A DNA stretch of 64,000 bases. Origin: a virus. Below are positions 45,790 to 56,154 of the stretch, piece after piece; within the stretch, counting starts at the first letter, position 1, and each line of letters opens with the position of its first letter. The notes under the pieces were generated by a model. It searched no databases. It was not told the DNA's origin and worked only from the letters and a program-made list of their open reading frames with translations. Location: the IMG/VR virus record IMGVR_UViG_3300023243_000009, positions 74,668-138,667 of that record; one strand, written 5' to 3'. The translations under genes were made by a program, and so were the position numbers.

Positions 45790-48700
45790 TTAAAAAAGGT
45801 TGTTGAAAATTGATGTTGCTGCTAAAATATTAGATTGAGTATCACTTACACTACTGATTTGGTACTCCCAATGCCAAGCTTCCCAACTTTCATCTCTTGT
45901 TTTTGGATTTAGACGTTTAAAACCAAATTTTATTGCGTTTTTTGCTAACCATTTGTATTGGGGGTCTTGTGGTTTTATTGCGGAAAAAGAGAGAGTTGCA
46001 AAATCTACAGCTACACCAAAACCATGATTTGATGATCCTGGGGATGCTGCTGCACCTTTTCCAGATATTGGTTGGCATTTTGCACCTCTTGCTGGTAGAT
46101 TTGAGCAATTTTGTTTAAAGACTCTTTCTTGATCATCATACGTCCTATAAGCACTGTTGATTTTAAATTGAATGTTATCTTTTTTAGCTTGTTCTAATAA
46201 CTTATCTAAGGCTAAAGATGCTTCGGTGAATAAACGGATTCTCTTTTCATCACTTTGAATATATCCTTTATATTCAAATTCATTATTAATAGTACGTAAT
46301 TTATTATTTGGGATTTCTCCGTTTGTATATGTAGTTCCTAATATTTGTTTAGTTGTTCCTCCTCTATTCCCACTAAAATCTGTTACTATGACTTCAGGAA
46401 GATCTCCACTAACATTTGTAACACTTGATATGCCATTAGAAGTATTATCTTTTAAATTAGACGTAGAAATTGTTCCTAATACGGTATCCCAATTATTGCC
46501 AGATATTCTATGGTTTATTTTGGTAACTAAAAAATCAAGAGCTTCCCCATAGTTAGGAGGTAAAAATCTAGTATCTATATTTAATTTATTATATATCTTT
46601 ACACCCGAAAGTCCTTCCAAAGTAAGATCAAAAGATACAGGGATAAACCCTATGTTGCCTGAGGCTTCTTGGGTTTCTTTAAATTGGTTTTGGGATAAAG
46701 TATCTATATAAGATTTAAAGGTGGATTTACCCCTATTTATTAAATCATCATCAATAAATAATTTATTATATTTTTTTGATATGTTAAATTCTTTTTTTGC
46801 AGTTCCATTACTAAAAGTATAAGGGAAATTTGCACCGAATATATCATGTAAACAACCTGCATATGTATTTTGTGTTATTCTTTCTATTTCATTTTCCTCA
46901 TATGTTTTAGCATCTAATTCTATTTTTTTCTTAGTAGTATCTTGTACAAATTTTCTAGCAACATCTTCTTTAGTACCTAATTGATCTTTATAACCAATCC
47001 ACTTACGACCACTTGTAGTAGGGTAACTGGATGAATAAGGTAAAATCCATTTAGCATTACTTGAGTCACTCTCAAGGGTTGCTAAGGCATAATTATATGC
47101 ATCCTTTTTATATTGAATTAAATCTGTACCGGTAGATGTTTTATCTTTAGAAGAGAGGAATGGTATGGGGTCTTTATATTGGAGTTGAAATCTATCTTTT
47201 AAACCTATATTCCATTTAGAAAAAGCAGTAGCATCAGAATTTTTAGTTGATTTACCATCGGCTGTAGCCCCAATAGAAATCATACTAGCCATAGAGTTGT
47301 CTATTTTTGTTTGAAATTTTATATCTTTTAAAAAGTTGGATTTTCCACCATTATAACCAAAAACTTCTATTTTTGGATTTGTCTTTGGTGATGGTGGGGA
47401 TTTTTGGATAAATTTACTTAACCCCGGGATTGGGTTTTGGTCTATAATAACTAAAGTTTTATCATCTTTAATTACAGGTTCTAAATTGTTAAATCCTCCT
47501 AAAGATTGATTTAAACCATTACATATGGATTCAACTAAAGTATAAAGACTTAAGTTTCCATTTTCATCTACATTATCTTTTAAAATTTTTAGAAGAAAAT
47601 TAACATTTAAATACACATTCATTAATTTGCCGGCAGTAAAACCATCTTTTTCTACCATAAACTTTTGGGGTAAACCTACATTGATTTTACTAAAGGGTGA
47701 TTTATCTTTTAAATTTTGATAAGAATCTAAAAAGTTTTTCCCCCACTTCATTGTAAATAAACACACTTTGGGGTCAAATGGAAGTTGATTAAAATATGTT
47801 TTTATATAATTATCTTCAGGTGATGTTTCTATGGATATAATACTTTCATTTTCTGAAGCTTTAGGGATTACTAGGTCTGTTAGATTATCTAAAAAGAGTC
47901 CAAGTCTTATAAAATAATTGAATTCTCCTTTAGGTAAAGGTTTACCATATACTGCTTCAGTTACACCTGGGATATCTTTATATGAAATTAGAGGGGAATC
48001 TTTAGTATTTTTATCATGATTAATTATTTTTTTATTAAGATATCGACTTACTACGTCATTACCCATAGAAAGATAATTTAAAGATTCCTCATCAAAACCT
48101 TTAGCTTTTAATTTAGTTTGATTTAAGGTTAATTCCTCTTTACCTGCTATTGGGGCACTAGTGTTAACCTTTAAAGATTCTACTACATCTCCAACTGTAA
48201 TTAAGTTTATTGTTATATCATAACTACCATCGGGATTAAAATTCCATGTAAAGTTATTTACTTTACCGAAAAACCCATCATAATTACCATGATATATATC
48301 GCTTCTATATCTTTCTATAGCTTGAATCATTTTAGAAGGGGTATAAGTTTCGTTTTTAAACCATAAATCTTCTATAATGGTATTTCCTGTCTCTTCTATA
48401 GTAAAGGTACCATCTTGTTTTATTTCCTTAATATATTTATCCCATCCCCATTCTAACATCATAGTGTAACCTAATCTTAAGTAAAGCATTTCTATAATAG
48501 AAAATTGGTATCTATTGAATGCTTTTAAAGTTACAGTTGCTTTACGAATTGAGCCTCTATTTACACAATCTATAGATACATCTATTATACCTGGGGTGGG
48601 TTGTAGGCCCATTTCTGTACCTCCAAAACCGTAAGAAGAATCTACATCTAACCAAGATTGTTGGGAGGTTTGTATACCCCTTCTAAAAGTATAATCAGAA

Positions 48701-49080
48701 AAATCTTGAGTTCCTTTTTTAAAGTTAAGATTAGATAAAGTATTAAATAATACAAAGTTTTTAGCTAAACCCTGACCATTATATTTAATATAACCAATTT
48801 TTGAAGACGGATCACCTAAATCTTTAGATATAGAAGTTAATCTAGATATTCCCGTACTTTTTTCAGGTAGATTTTTCCCATCAATTTTATCAACTAAAGC
48901 TACACCTGAAGCCATTTTGACCCAAGCATTTCTATTATTTAAATAAGTTAATAGTGTTGTGTTGTTTGTTCTATTTATAGAAGATCCTACACTCCCCGCA
49001 CCATTTAATTTTTGTCTTATATCTATTTGATCAAAAACGTATTGTTTAAATTCTTCACCTAGGATATTCCCTTGTTCCAT
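45790..49080 (-). CDS. Baseplate-hub-like protein with a C-terminal M15B (VanY-like) peptidase
   Basis: NSAYRTY..Q, PGSSNHGFGVAVD, EAWHWEY at the C-terminus; 1096 aa. Confidence 0.75.
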   Translation of the reverse strand: MEQGNILGEEFKQYVFDQIDIRQKLNGAGSVGSSINRTNNTTLLTYLNNRNAWVKMASGVALVDKIDGKNLPEKSTGISRLTSISKDLGDPSSKIGYIKYNGQGLAKNFVLFNTLSNLNFKKGTQDFSDYTFRRGIQTSQQSWLDVDSSYGFGGTEMGLQPTPGIIDVSIDCVNRGSIRKATVTLKAFNRYQFSIIEMLYLRLGYTMMLEWGWDKYIKEIKQDGTFTIEETGNTIIEDLWFKNETYTPSKMIQAIERYRSDIYHGNYDGFFGKVNNFTWNFNPDGSYDITINLITVGDVVESLKVNTSAPIAGKEELTLNQTKLKAKGFDEESLNYLSMGNDVVSRYLNKKIINHDKNTKDSPLISYKDIPGVTEAVYGKPLPKGEFNYFIRLGLFLDNLTDLVIPKASENESIISIETSPEDNYIKTYFNQLPFDPKVCLFTMKWGKNFLDSYQNLKDKSPFSKINVGLPQKFMVEKDGFTAGKLMNVYLNVNFLLKILKDNVDENGNLSLYTLVESICNGLNQSLGGFNNLEPVIKDDKTLVIIDQNPIPGLSKFIQKSPPSPKTNPKIEVFGYNGGKSNFLKDIKFQTKIDNSMASMISIGATADGKSTKNSDATAFSKWNIGLKDRFQLQYKDPIPFLSSKDKTSTGTDLIQYKKDAYNYALATLESDSSNAKWILPYSSSYPTTSGRKWIGYKDQLGTKEDVARKFVQDTTKKKIELDAKTYEENEIERITQNTYAGCLHDIFGANFPYTFSNGTAKKEFNISKKYNKLFIDDDLINRGKSTFKSYIDTLSQNQFKETQEASGNIGFIPVSFDLTLEGLSGVKIYNKLNIDTRFLPPNYGEALDFLVTKINHRISGNNWDTVLGTISTSNLKDNTSNGISSVTNVSGDLPEVIVTDFSGNRGGTTKQILGTTYTNGEIPNNKLRTINNEFEYKGYIQSDEKRIRLFTEASLALDKLLEQAKKDNIQFKINSAYRTYDDQERVFKQNCSNLPARGAKCQPISGKGAAASPGSSNHGFGVAVDFATLSFSAIKPQDPQYKWLAKNAIKFGFKRLNPKTRDESWEAWHWEYQISSVSDTQSNILAATSIFNNLF

Positions 49081-49082
49081 AA

Positions 49083-49385
49083 CTAGTTATTATTTAATTC
49101 ATTAAATAAAGATGTAATTTGACTTATATTTGTTGGTATTCTTAATTGAGAACCAACGGGTGGATAATATGAATTTTGTTTTAATTGTGGGTTTGCTATA
49201 GAAATTACCCACCATAGTGAGGAATTACTATAATAAGTTTGAGCTAAAGTATCAAATCTGTCTCCCACAGTTGTATAAACGTAAATATCACTAAAACTTA
49301 AAGGAATATCCGGATATTTAGTTATTGTTCTAAATGTCTTTCCTTTAGTTGAGATTGTTGTTGGTATTTGTGTATATCTACCCAT
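49083..49385 (-). CDS. LysM-like baseplate wedge protein (gp53-like)
   Basis: GDRFDTLAQTYY....WWVI..AN. Confidence 0.7.
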   Translation of the reverse strand: MGRYTQIPTTISTKGKTFRTITKYPDIPLSFSDIYVYTTVGDRFDTLAQTYYSNSSLWWVISIANPQLKQNSYYPPVGSQLRIPTNISQITSLFNELNNN

Positions 49386-49406
49386 TTAATTTTAAATTTA
49401 TGTTGG

Positions 49407-51362
49407 TCATACCAACCCAGTTGACAATGAAGTTGAAGAAACTAAAGGTTGGAGTGTTAAGGGTTTAAAAGTAGAGGTTAACGGAAAAGGGATGGGTTTA
49501 ATCTTGGTATTTAAATTATAATTTGTTGTTAAACCATTACTTAATGCTATATATCTTTCATCACCATATTTAGTTAATTCTCCTTCATTATTCTTACCAA
49601 ATGTATTCTTTTGTACAGCAGGTACAAAATCATGGATTGGGATAAATTTGAATCCTGTTACTTTAATCATGTGGGGTAATTCTTTTACACTATCATCTGA
49701 TTCTACTTCTAGAGGTGAAGATTCTTTTGCTGACCCATAAGGGATTGCAATTTCCCATGGTGACTCTTGAGGCACATCGTATGTAATAGAGGTCATTATT
49801 CCAACCTGTTCGTATAAGTACCCACCAATTGTTAATTTTACTAAATTACCACGCATATATCCTAATTTTGAATAATCAGGAGCACATACTGAGGCTAAAT
49901 AGTTTAATTTTTGATACATAGGTATTAGTTCTGCTTTTGATTGGGCAACTACCGTCCAAGATAATGAAATTGATCTGTCAAACCCATTATATCTATAAAA
50001 GTTTTCACCTCTTCCCATAAATTTTTGGGATTGCCAATCTGCAGAATAAGAATCACTCATCGAATCTATAAAAGCTCGGAAATGAATATTAGTTTTTTTA
50101 GTAGGGTCTTCATTATCTATAACACCTATTCTAAATTTAACAAGGTCATTTACAGCAGGAACATTTGATACATTTTGATTAGGTAATGTTTTATATATTT
50201 GCCTATAATTAATAGTATCTAATACTACACTATCATCTTTTTCTTTCTTTCCAGGGTTTCCTAAATTTACTCTTATTTCTATATTTCCTGCTTTATTATA
50301 ATCTAATCTAGAATATCCTTTGGGGTTTAGGATATTAGGTCCTATTTTAGGTTCAAACCTAGAAGATGTTTTTAATATTATTTGTTCCTGAGTAAGAGTG
50401 TTACTTCCTGCTATTTGGGTATTAGTTTTAAGAGTACCGGGGAGATATACACTATTTAAAAGGGGTATGTTAGTATCAGCCTTTATAATATTATTTTGTG
50501 ATGGATCATGTACTACGCTAAAATATTTACCAGTAGCTCCAAATTTATATGTAATATTATTTATCCTATCTTGTATTCCTTGAGAATGTTGAGGTCTTAA
50601 GTTTGTATATTTACTAGGATTATAAGTTATAGTAGTAACATCATCACCTATATTAAATGTTTCTGTTGATATTCCTAAAGTAAGAAAATTTTGTCTATAA
50701 TTTAAATTAGAATTGTTTATACCTGTTCTATCCTTAGCAATTTTTATATTAGTTTTACCAACTCCTAAAACAGAACCAGGTCCCCCATTGTAGGAATAAA
50801 GATTTATTTGATTATCCTTTTTTGAGTTTACAAATTCTAAATAACCCTCTAATCTACTTTTGCTTTTTTTGTTAACTAAATCTTTATAATAAGGTTGACC
50901 TAAAGGATCAAAATCTAATATAGAATTAATAAAATTATTGTTTCCTTTCCCAATCCCCTTAAGTGGATTTAAACCTTGTTTATTTAAATGTAATCCTAAA
51001 GGAGCCCCTGCAGCCCCTAATATGGTAGAAGTAGGCAAATAGATACCGTTATTTAATATGGCACCTTCTCCATTGGTTGCTACCGAGCTACGCGATAATA
51101 TATTTTGTTTTACAGTAAATAATAAACCATTTGGTGATTTAAAATCAAAAAACATCTGTGTTAAACGAGATATATCTTTTAAAATTCTACCAGGTGTTAA
51201 TAATCCTCCTCTTAAGAGAAAGTCAGGACCTCCCGTAGAACCTAAATCCCCTTCATTTGAAGGAAGTTTAGATTTAATATAAGGTTGGTTACTACTTCCC
51301 CCTCCTATTCTATCTTTACCATAACGTAAAGATTTTAAATTCGTTCTTAAATTAACTAACAT
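49407..51362 (-). CDS. Baseplate / tube-initiator-like protein
   Basis: C-terminal FRAFID.MSDSYSADW...GRGE.FY.Y.GFDR domain. Confidence 0.6.
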   Translation of the reverse strand: MLVNLRTNLKSLRYGKDRIGGGSSNQPYIKSKLPSNEGDLGSTGGPDFLLRGGLLTPGRILKDISRLTQMFFDFKSPNGLLFTVKQNILSRSSVATNGEGAILNNGIYLPTSTILGAAGAPLGLHLNKQGLNPLKGIGKGNNNFINSILDFDPLGQPYYKDLVNKKSKSRLEGYLEFVNSKKDNQINLYSYNGGPGSVLGVGKTNIKIAKDRTGINNSNLNYRQNFLTLGISTETFNIGDDVTTITYNPSKYTNLRPQHSQGIQDRINNITYKFGATGKYFSVVHDPSQNNIIKADTNIPLLNSVYLPGTLKTNTQIAGSNTLTQEQIILKTSSRFEPKIGPNILNPKGYSRLDYNKAGNIEIRVNLGNPGKKEKDDSVVLDTINYRQIYKTLPNQNVSNVPAVNDLVKFRIGVIDNEDPTKKTNIHFRAFIDSMSDSYSADWQSQKFMGRGENFYRYNGFDRSISLSWTVVAQSKAELIPMYQKLNYLASVCAPDYSKLGYMRGNLVKLTIGGYLYEQVGIMTSITYDVPQESPWEIAIPYGSAKESSPLEVESDDSVKELPHMIKVTGFKFIPIHDFVPAVQKNTFGKNNEGELTKYGDERYIALSNGLTTNYNLNTKIKPIPFPLTSTFKPLTLQPLVSSTSLSTGLV

Positions 51363-51384
51363 ATTCTACTATAAATATTGAATG

Positions 51385-53625
51385 TTATTGGATTGCGTAT
51401 CTGTTTACAGACATTGCTGTACCCATATCTGTTGAGTCTAGTTTTATTGTACCTTGTTTAGATAGGATTTGACGTAATAGGGTATTTGTTTCCTTAGCTT
51501 CTGAATTGTTTCCTCCTCCTAGATTAGTGCCCGCTACTACAGTATCGTTATTGTTAAGAGCAATTGTGTCTTTACCTTTTTTAATTATGGTTTCTCCATA
51601 TCCTGAAGGGATTATAGCATCATCTGCTCTGGATGCTCTACTAATATCTGATGCTCCTCCTGTAATTGCTCCTACAATTGCTCCAGGGATGGCTCCAACA
51701 CCCCCAAATGCTGCTCCCGCTATTGCTCCTGTTGCGGCACCCCCTAAAATCCCCATAATAGGTTCTAAGAATTTCACTATTTTTCCTACAAGATTAAATA
51801 TCATACCTAAAAATTCAAATACGGGCATTAAAGCAGTAGCTACGTCTGCAAATATTTCTTTAAGTTTTTCTACAGAGGCATTAAATTTGTCTTGAACAGT
51901 TTGGGCTTCTAATCTATCTGCTAGTTCATCTTTACCTAATGCTCTTAATTCTTTAGCTGTTTTACCTTGTATATCTTGTTTAAATAATATGTCAGCAAGT
52001 TCATCAGATTGCATGCCCATAGCTTTAGCTATGGCTTCTTGTTGAAGAACATTCATTTTCATGAAGCTATCAAAATCTCCTGCTTCTTTTCTTAATTCTT
52101 TAGCTAAAGTAACTTGATCACCATTTAAAGCAGCTAATCTAGCTTTTTCTAGATTAATATCCCGACCCAACAATAGTTCAGCTTCTAGTTCTGATGTTAT
52201 TGATGATTCAAAATCTAATAAAGATTTACCTGCGCTTGCTACTTGTTGTAAAGAAGCACCAAATAGTTTAGATTGTGTAATGGCCTTTGCTATATTTGCA
52301 GGATTTGCTCCTAAATTTGCTCTAACAGTTCCTGTTACTTTACCTGTTTCTTCTAATATTTCTCTTAAATCAAATTGAACTCCTTCTTGACGTTGAAGTT
52401 CATAACTAGTTCCTAATACATCTTTATAATTTGATTCGAAGCTTTTACCTGTTAACGTTGAGGCTGCAGCCAAATTACCGGCTGCTTCAGATGATACACC
52501 TACTACATTTGTAAGTTTAGTCATTGTAACTAACGTACTAGATGCAAAATTAGTTATAAAACCAAATTGTTTGTTTAAATCACTAAATGTTTTTAATAAT
52601 TTAGAAGCAGTAATATTTATATCTCCTGATTGTTTGGCAGCTGTGGATAAATTTGATCTAAAACTAGCAGCTTCATTTGCAGATAAAGCCATTCCTTTTT
52701 GAAGTTCAACTGTTTCTTTGTTAACTCTACCAAAGGCGGATAATAATTCTAGAATTATAGTAAGAGGACCTAATACTTTTTTGAAAACCGCTCCTATTGC
52801 CGGACCTAAAGTTTTAAGCCCAGCCATAAAAGGGTTTAAATTTTTAGTTAAACCTAAGGATTGAGCCCTAGCAGCAGCAGCAGTACCTGAAAGTGCTTTT
52901 CCATTTTTTCCAAACAACCCAAATTGGGCCCCTAATTCTTTAGTAAGACCTTCCCCAGTTCTAAGCATTTGAAGTTGTTCTTTAGAAGCACCTTTGACTG
53001 AACCAAACATTTGGAGGTTACTAGCAGCTTGTTTTCTTGAAGATTCGGCGGCGTCATCAAAAGGTTTTGAAAATTTACTTAATCCTGGGATTTTATTTGC
53101 TATATCAGATAAAGCACCAAAAGTTTTGGCTCCAAAATTATCTGCTACTTTTTGGGAATCTTCTTGTACTATTTTTAATTCTTTTTTAAGAAGTTCTGCT
53201 TCTTTAACTTGAATTTTTAAATTTTCAGATATGTTTTGGGATAATTCATCTTCTTCTTTAGAAAACTTTAATTGTTGTTGTTTTAAAAATATTACATCTT
53301 TATCTAATTTAGATATATCTTTAGTAGTTTTAGTTAATTCTTTCTCATTACCTAAAATATCTATAGACAAACCATAACTTTCCTTATTTAATCTATTAAT
53401 ACTATTAAGAGTATTTAATAATAATCTCCTTTCAGTAGATTGAAATTTTAATTGTTTTAATTGATCCGAAAGAACATTACTTATATCTTGTTGACTAGAT
53501 AAAGTTTGAGAATTGATACCTATTCTACGGGATAAAATATTAAGTAACTCTTGTTCTAAGGATAATTGCTCCTTAATTTCGTTATTTAATGATTTTTGGT
53601 TATTTAATTCTTGTTCGGTAGCCAT
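51385..53625 (-). CDS. Tape-measure-like protein
   Basis: 746 aa, helical, Ala/Gly-rich, C-terminal hydrophobic Gly repeats; follows the tail chaperones. Confidence 0.7.
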   Translation of the reverse strand: MATEQELNNQKSLNNEIKEQLSLEQELLNILSRRIGINSQTLSSQQDISNVLSDQLKQLKFQSTERRLLLNTLNSINRLNKESYGLSIDILGNEKELTKTTKDISKLDKDVIFLKQQQLKFSKEEDELSQNISENLKIQVKEAELLKKELKIVQEDSQKVADNFGAKTFGALSDIANKIPGLSKFSKPFDDAAESSRKQAASNLQMFGSVKGASKEQLQMLRTGEGLTKELGAQFGLFGKNGKALSGTAAAARAQSLGLTKNLNPFMAGLKTLGPAIGAVFKKVLGPLTIILELLSAFGRVNKETVELQKGMALSANEAASFRSNLSTAAKQSGDINITASKLLKTFSDLNKQFGFITNFASSTLVTMTKLTNVVGVSSEAAGNLAAASTLTGKSFESNYKDVLGTSYELQRQEGVQFDLREILEETGKVTGTVRANLGANPANIAKAITQSKLFGASLQQVASAGKSLLDFESSITSELEAELLLGRDINLEKARLAALNGDQVTLAKELRKEAGDFDSFMKMNVLQQEAIAKAMGMQSDELADILFKQDIQGKTAKELRALGKDELADRLEAQTVQDKFNASVEKLKEIFADVATALMPVFEFLGMIFNLVGKIVKFLEPIMGILGGAATGAIAGAAFGGVGAIPGAIVGAITGGASDISRASRADDAIIPSGYGETIIKKGKDTIALNNNDTVVAGTNLGGGNNSEAKETNTLLRQILSKQGTIKLDSTDMGTAMSVNRYAIQ

Positions 53626-53662
53626 ATAATTTGGTATATGTTATAAATATAGAAAAGAGCAA

Positions 53663-53929
53663 CTATTTATAGCTGCTCTTCCCTTTATACTGTTCACTAG
53701 CTTTTGCAAATTCGGGTGCATTAACTTTCCCATCTGGACCTATTAAATTAGTTTGACCCTCTGGTGTTTTGCCTTCAGATGCTGATTTTTCTTCTTCATA
53801 AAATTTTTTAATTTCATTAAATGTAAATTTACGGAGCCATATTGGCATATTATATATTGTACCATAATCGTATCCGCCCTTACCATAAAATATAATTTGA
53901 TGAATTTGTGAGAATAAACTCATTCTCAC
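53663..53929 (-). CDS. Tail assembly chaperone-like protein
   Basis: IYNMPIWLRKF motif; located upstream of the tape measure gene. Confidence 0.6.
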   Translation of the reverse strand: MRMSLFSQIHQIIFYGKGGYDYGTIYNMPIWLRKFTFNEIKKFYEEEKSASEGKTPEGQTNLIGPDGKVNAPEFAKASEQYKGKSSYK

Positions 53930-53942
53930 TTGGGGTACTATA

Positions 53943-54668
53943 CTAGATGTCAGGCCAAAAAAAGCTAAGTCCTATAGGGACCATAACCTCCTCTCCATTA
54001 TCTAAAACGTAATTTAGATCTACATCTGGTTGGTTGTTTCTAATATATTCTCTTAATGCTCTGGAATCTCTTGCAAGTAAATAGTTGTCTACAAATTCTC
54101 TAATTTCTTTTGTTCCTGTTTCACCTTCAACGGAAGTAATCATGTATTTTAAACGAGTAGAGAGTTCAGGTGAAGATTCTTTGTTTAATTTCTTTAAACC
54201 TGCTAATTCTCTTTCGATTTTAATTTCATCATGTCCCGTTAAAATCTTAAAGGTGATTTTAGTTTCTGAGTTTGGTAGAGTAAAATGGAATTCGTTTTTT
54301 CCTTGAGTAATTGAAGGTTTATCTAATGGTTTGTTTTCAAGTGTAGATAAATCTATAACTTGTTCTTCACCTTTGATGTTTACTTTATAATCTTTACCAT
54401 ACCCCAGTACACGAGTTGCAATTAAAACTGCGTTTTTATCTCCTACGATTAAATCCTTGATGTCTATTTTAGATACAATAACAGATTCTAAAAGTTTGTC
54501 TAATACGTTTCCTTTTTGGATGTAGGATTGATTGGATAAAATATCTTCTTCCTTAGCGGTCATATATTTAATCTCTACTTTACCACTTGAAAGTGGGTTA
54601 TCTAAAGGGTATATTAATCCTTTAGAGGGTAATTCGATTTCTTCTGTTGGGAATTTAAATTCGGCCAT
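53943..54668 (-). CDS. Baseplate hub assembly protein (T4 gp26-like)
   Basis: IELPSKG..Y, YMTAKEEDIL, DL.VGDKNA.L. Confidence 0.75.
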   Translation of the reverse strand: MAEFKFPTEEIELPSKGLIYPLDNPLSSGKVEIKYMTAKEEDILSNQSYIQKGNVLDKLLESVIVSKIDIKDLIVGDKNAVLIATRVLGYGKDYKVNIKGEEQVIDLSTLENKPLDKPSITQGKNEFHFTLPNSETKITFKILTGHDEIKIERELAGLKKLNKESSPELSTRLKYMITSVEGETGTKEIREFVDNYLLARDSRALREYIRNNQPDVDLNYVLDNGEEVMVPIGLSFFWPDI

Positions 54669-54743
54669 AATCTTTATTAGTTAATAACTTTTTTATCGTT
54701 GATAAATATTAATATAAGAAAGAAGTGTTAGGAATCCAAACTG

Positions 54744-55395
54744 TTTTTTAAATAAAGATATTTCCTTTTACTCCAGGTACCATTTTTTTGATTTCTTCTT
54801 TAGAGTATTTTTTAGAAATGGGGGTATTTCTTAAATTAAGATAACCTCCTACTTTTAAACCTTGAGGTAGGGTGGTTATTGAGGTATCATTTAAATAAAG
54901 ATAACCTCCTACTTCTAAATTATCAGGTAGAGAGGTAATTGGGGTATTAGCTACCCCTAAATATCCTCCTACTTTTAAATTATCAGGTAGAGAGGTAATT
55001 GGGGTATTATCTACCCATAAATCTCCTCCTACTTTTAAATTATAAGGTAGAGAGGTAATTGGGGTATTAGCTACCCATAAATATCCTCCTACTTTTAAAT
55101 TATCAGGTAGAGAGGTAATTGGGGTATTAGATACCCATAAATCTCCTCCTACTTTTAAATTATCAGGTAGAGAAGTTATTTTAGTATTTCGTAAAACTAA
55201 ACCTCCTCCTACTTGTAAATTATTAGGTAGAGAGGTTATAGGTGAATTTGATAGGTCTAGTTCTCCTTTTCCTCCATTTTTAATATATTGTTGTATTTTT
55301 TTTTGGGTAGCAATTAAAAAATTATTAGCACGTTCTTCAGCAGAACGACGAGGTACTAATATTTTATTTTCGAGTATGTCTAGTAGTTTTATCAT
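54744..55395. repeat. 652-bp direct repeat, copy 1 (identical to 56155-56806)
   Basis: Identical translation and, by eye, identical DNA at offset 1411. Confidence 0.9.
54748..55395 (-). CDS. 20-residue leucine-rich-repeat protein (copy 1)
   Basis: About seven repeats of NL.VGG.L.(V/L).NTPITSLP encoded by 60-bp tandem units. Confidence 0.8.
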   Translation of the reverse strand: MIKLLDILENKILVPRRSAEERANNFLIATQKKIQQYIKNGGKGELDLSNSPITSLPNNLQVGGGLVLRNTKITSLPDNLKVGGDLWVSNTPITSLPDNLKVGGYLWVANTPITSLPYNLKVGGDLWVDNTPITSLPDNLKVGGYLGVANTPITSLPDNLEVGGYLYLNDTSITTLPQGLKVGGYLNLRNTPISKKYSKEEIKKMVPGVKGNIFI

Positions 55396-55396
55396 A

Positions 55397-56146
55397 TTAT
55401 GAAATACCTATAATGTTGGTATATGTTTTAATATCACTTGATTTAATTTGTTTATCTAAACCATCATATCCATCTATTTTACCACCATCTAAAACCGCTA
55501 GAGCTACAACAACCATGTTTTTCCATTTTTTGGGAAAAGATTGTTGTAATTGTTTTATCATTTGTTGGGATTTTGTTTTAATATAATAAAAAGTTACATT
55601 GTTTTTGTAGTAATAATCATTGAAGTGGTCTGGGGCTTTATATGTAGTACACCATGATGAGTCTTTGGAACCATCTCCGCAATCCCTGAATGCAAATTGT
55701 GATAATCCTAATTTACGAGAGGCTTCATGTGTGTGTGGTGACATTATAAGTAAATCGGAGTTGTCTAGTACTGTGTCGTAGTCAGATTCTAAGTCTTTAA
55801 CGGATACTCCTTCTCCTGTTTTGTTGATTTGGTCTACTTCATCGGATAGATCTTTAAAGGATTTAATTTGGTAAATATCCTTAGTTTTAGTTTTACCTTT
55901 TTCTAGGAAAGTATTAAATTCTTCAATAGTATTCCGTAAATCATCTATGTCTGTAACTTGTTTATTTACCCATTGTTTTGCCATCCATCCAACGTATTTA
56001 CGTGTTGGAGTTGGGTCAGTATCAACCAATGTCTTAAGTTCGTCATTCGTTAATTTACCTGAATCAACGTATTGTTTTGCTTGTTTTACATTCTCTAATA
56101 TGGAATGTTTGTTTTCGGTAAGTAGTTTTGAGTTGTTAAATTTCAT
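55397..56146 (-). CDS. Hypothetical protein (DPT..KY..W / P.T.EAS..LG / WCT motifs)
   Basis: 249 aa, sandwiched between the two LRR copies. Confidence 0.65.
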   Translation of the reverse strand: MKFNNSKLLTENKHSILENVKQAKQYVDSGKLTNDELKTLVDTDPTPTRKYVGWMAKQWVNKQVTDIDDLRNTIEEFNTFLEKGKTKTKDIYQIKSFKDLSDEVDQINKTGEGVSVKDLESDYDTVLDNSDLLIMSPHTHEASRKLGLSQFAFRDCGDGSKDSSWCTTYKAPDHFNDYYYKNNVTFYYIKTKSQQMIKQLQQSFPKKWKNMVVVALAVLDGGKIDGYDGLDKQIKSSDIKTYTNIIGIS

Positions 56147-56154
56147 AATATAAA

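Noticed and set aside
54840-55250. CRISPR array
   Set aside because: The 60-bp units are contiguous coding repeats with no unique spacers; no cas operon (the 465-1436 nuclease is a stand-alone phage exonuclease)
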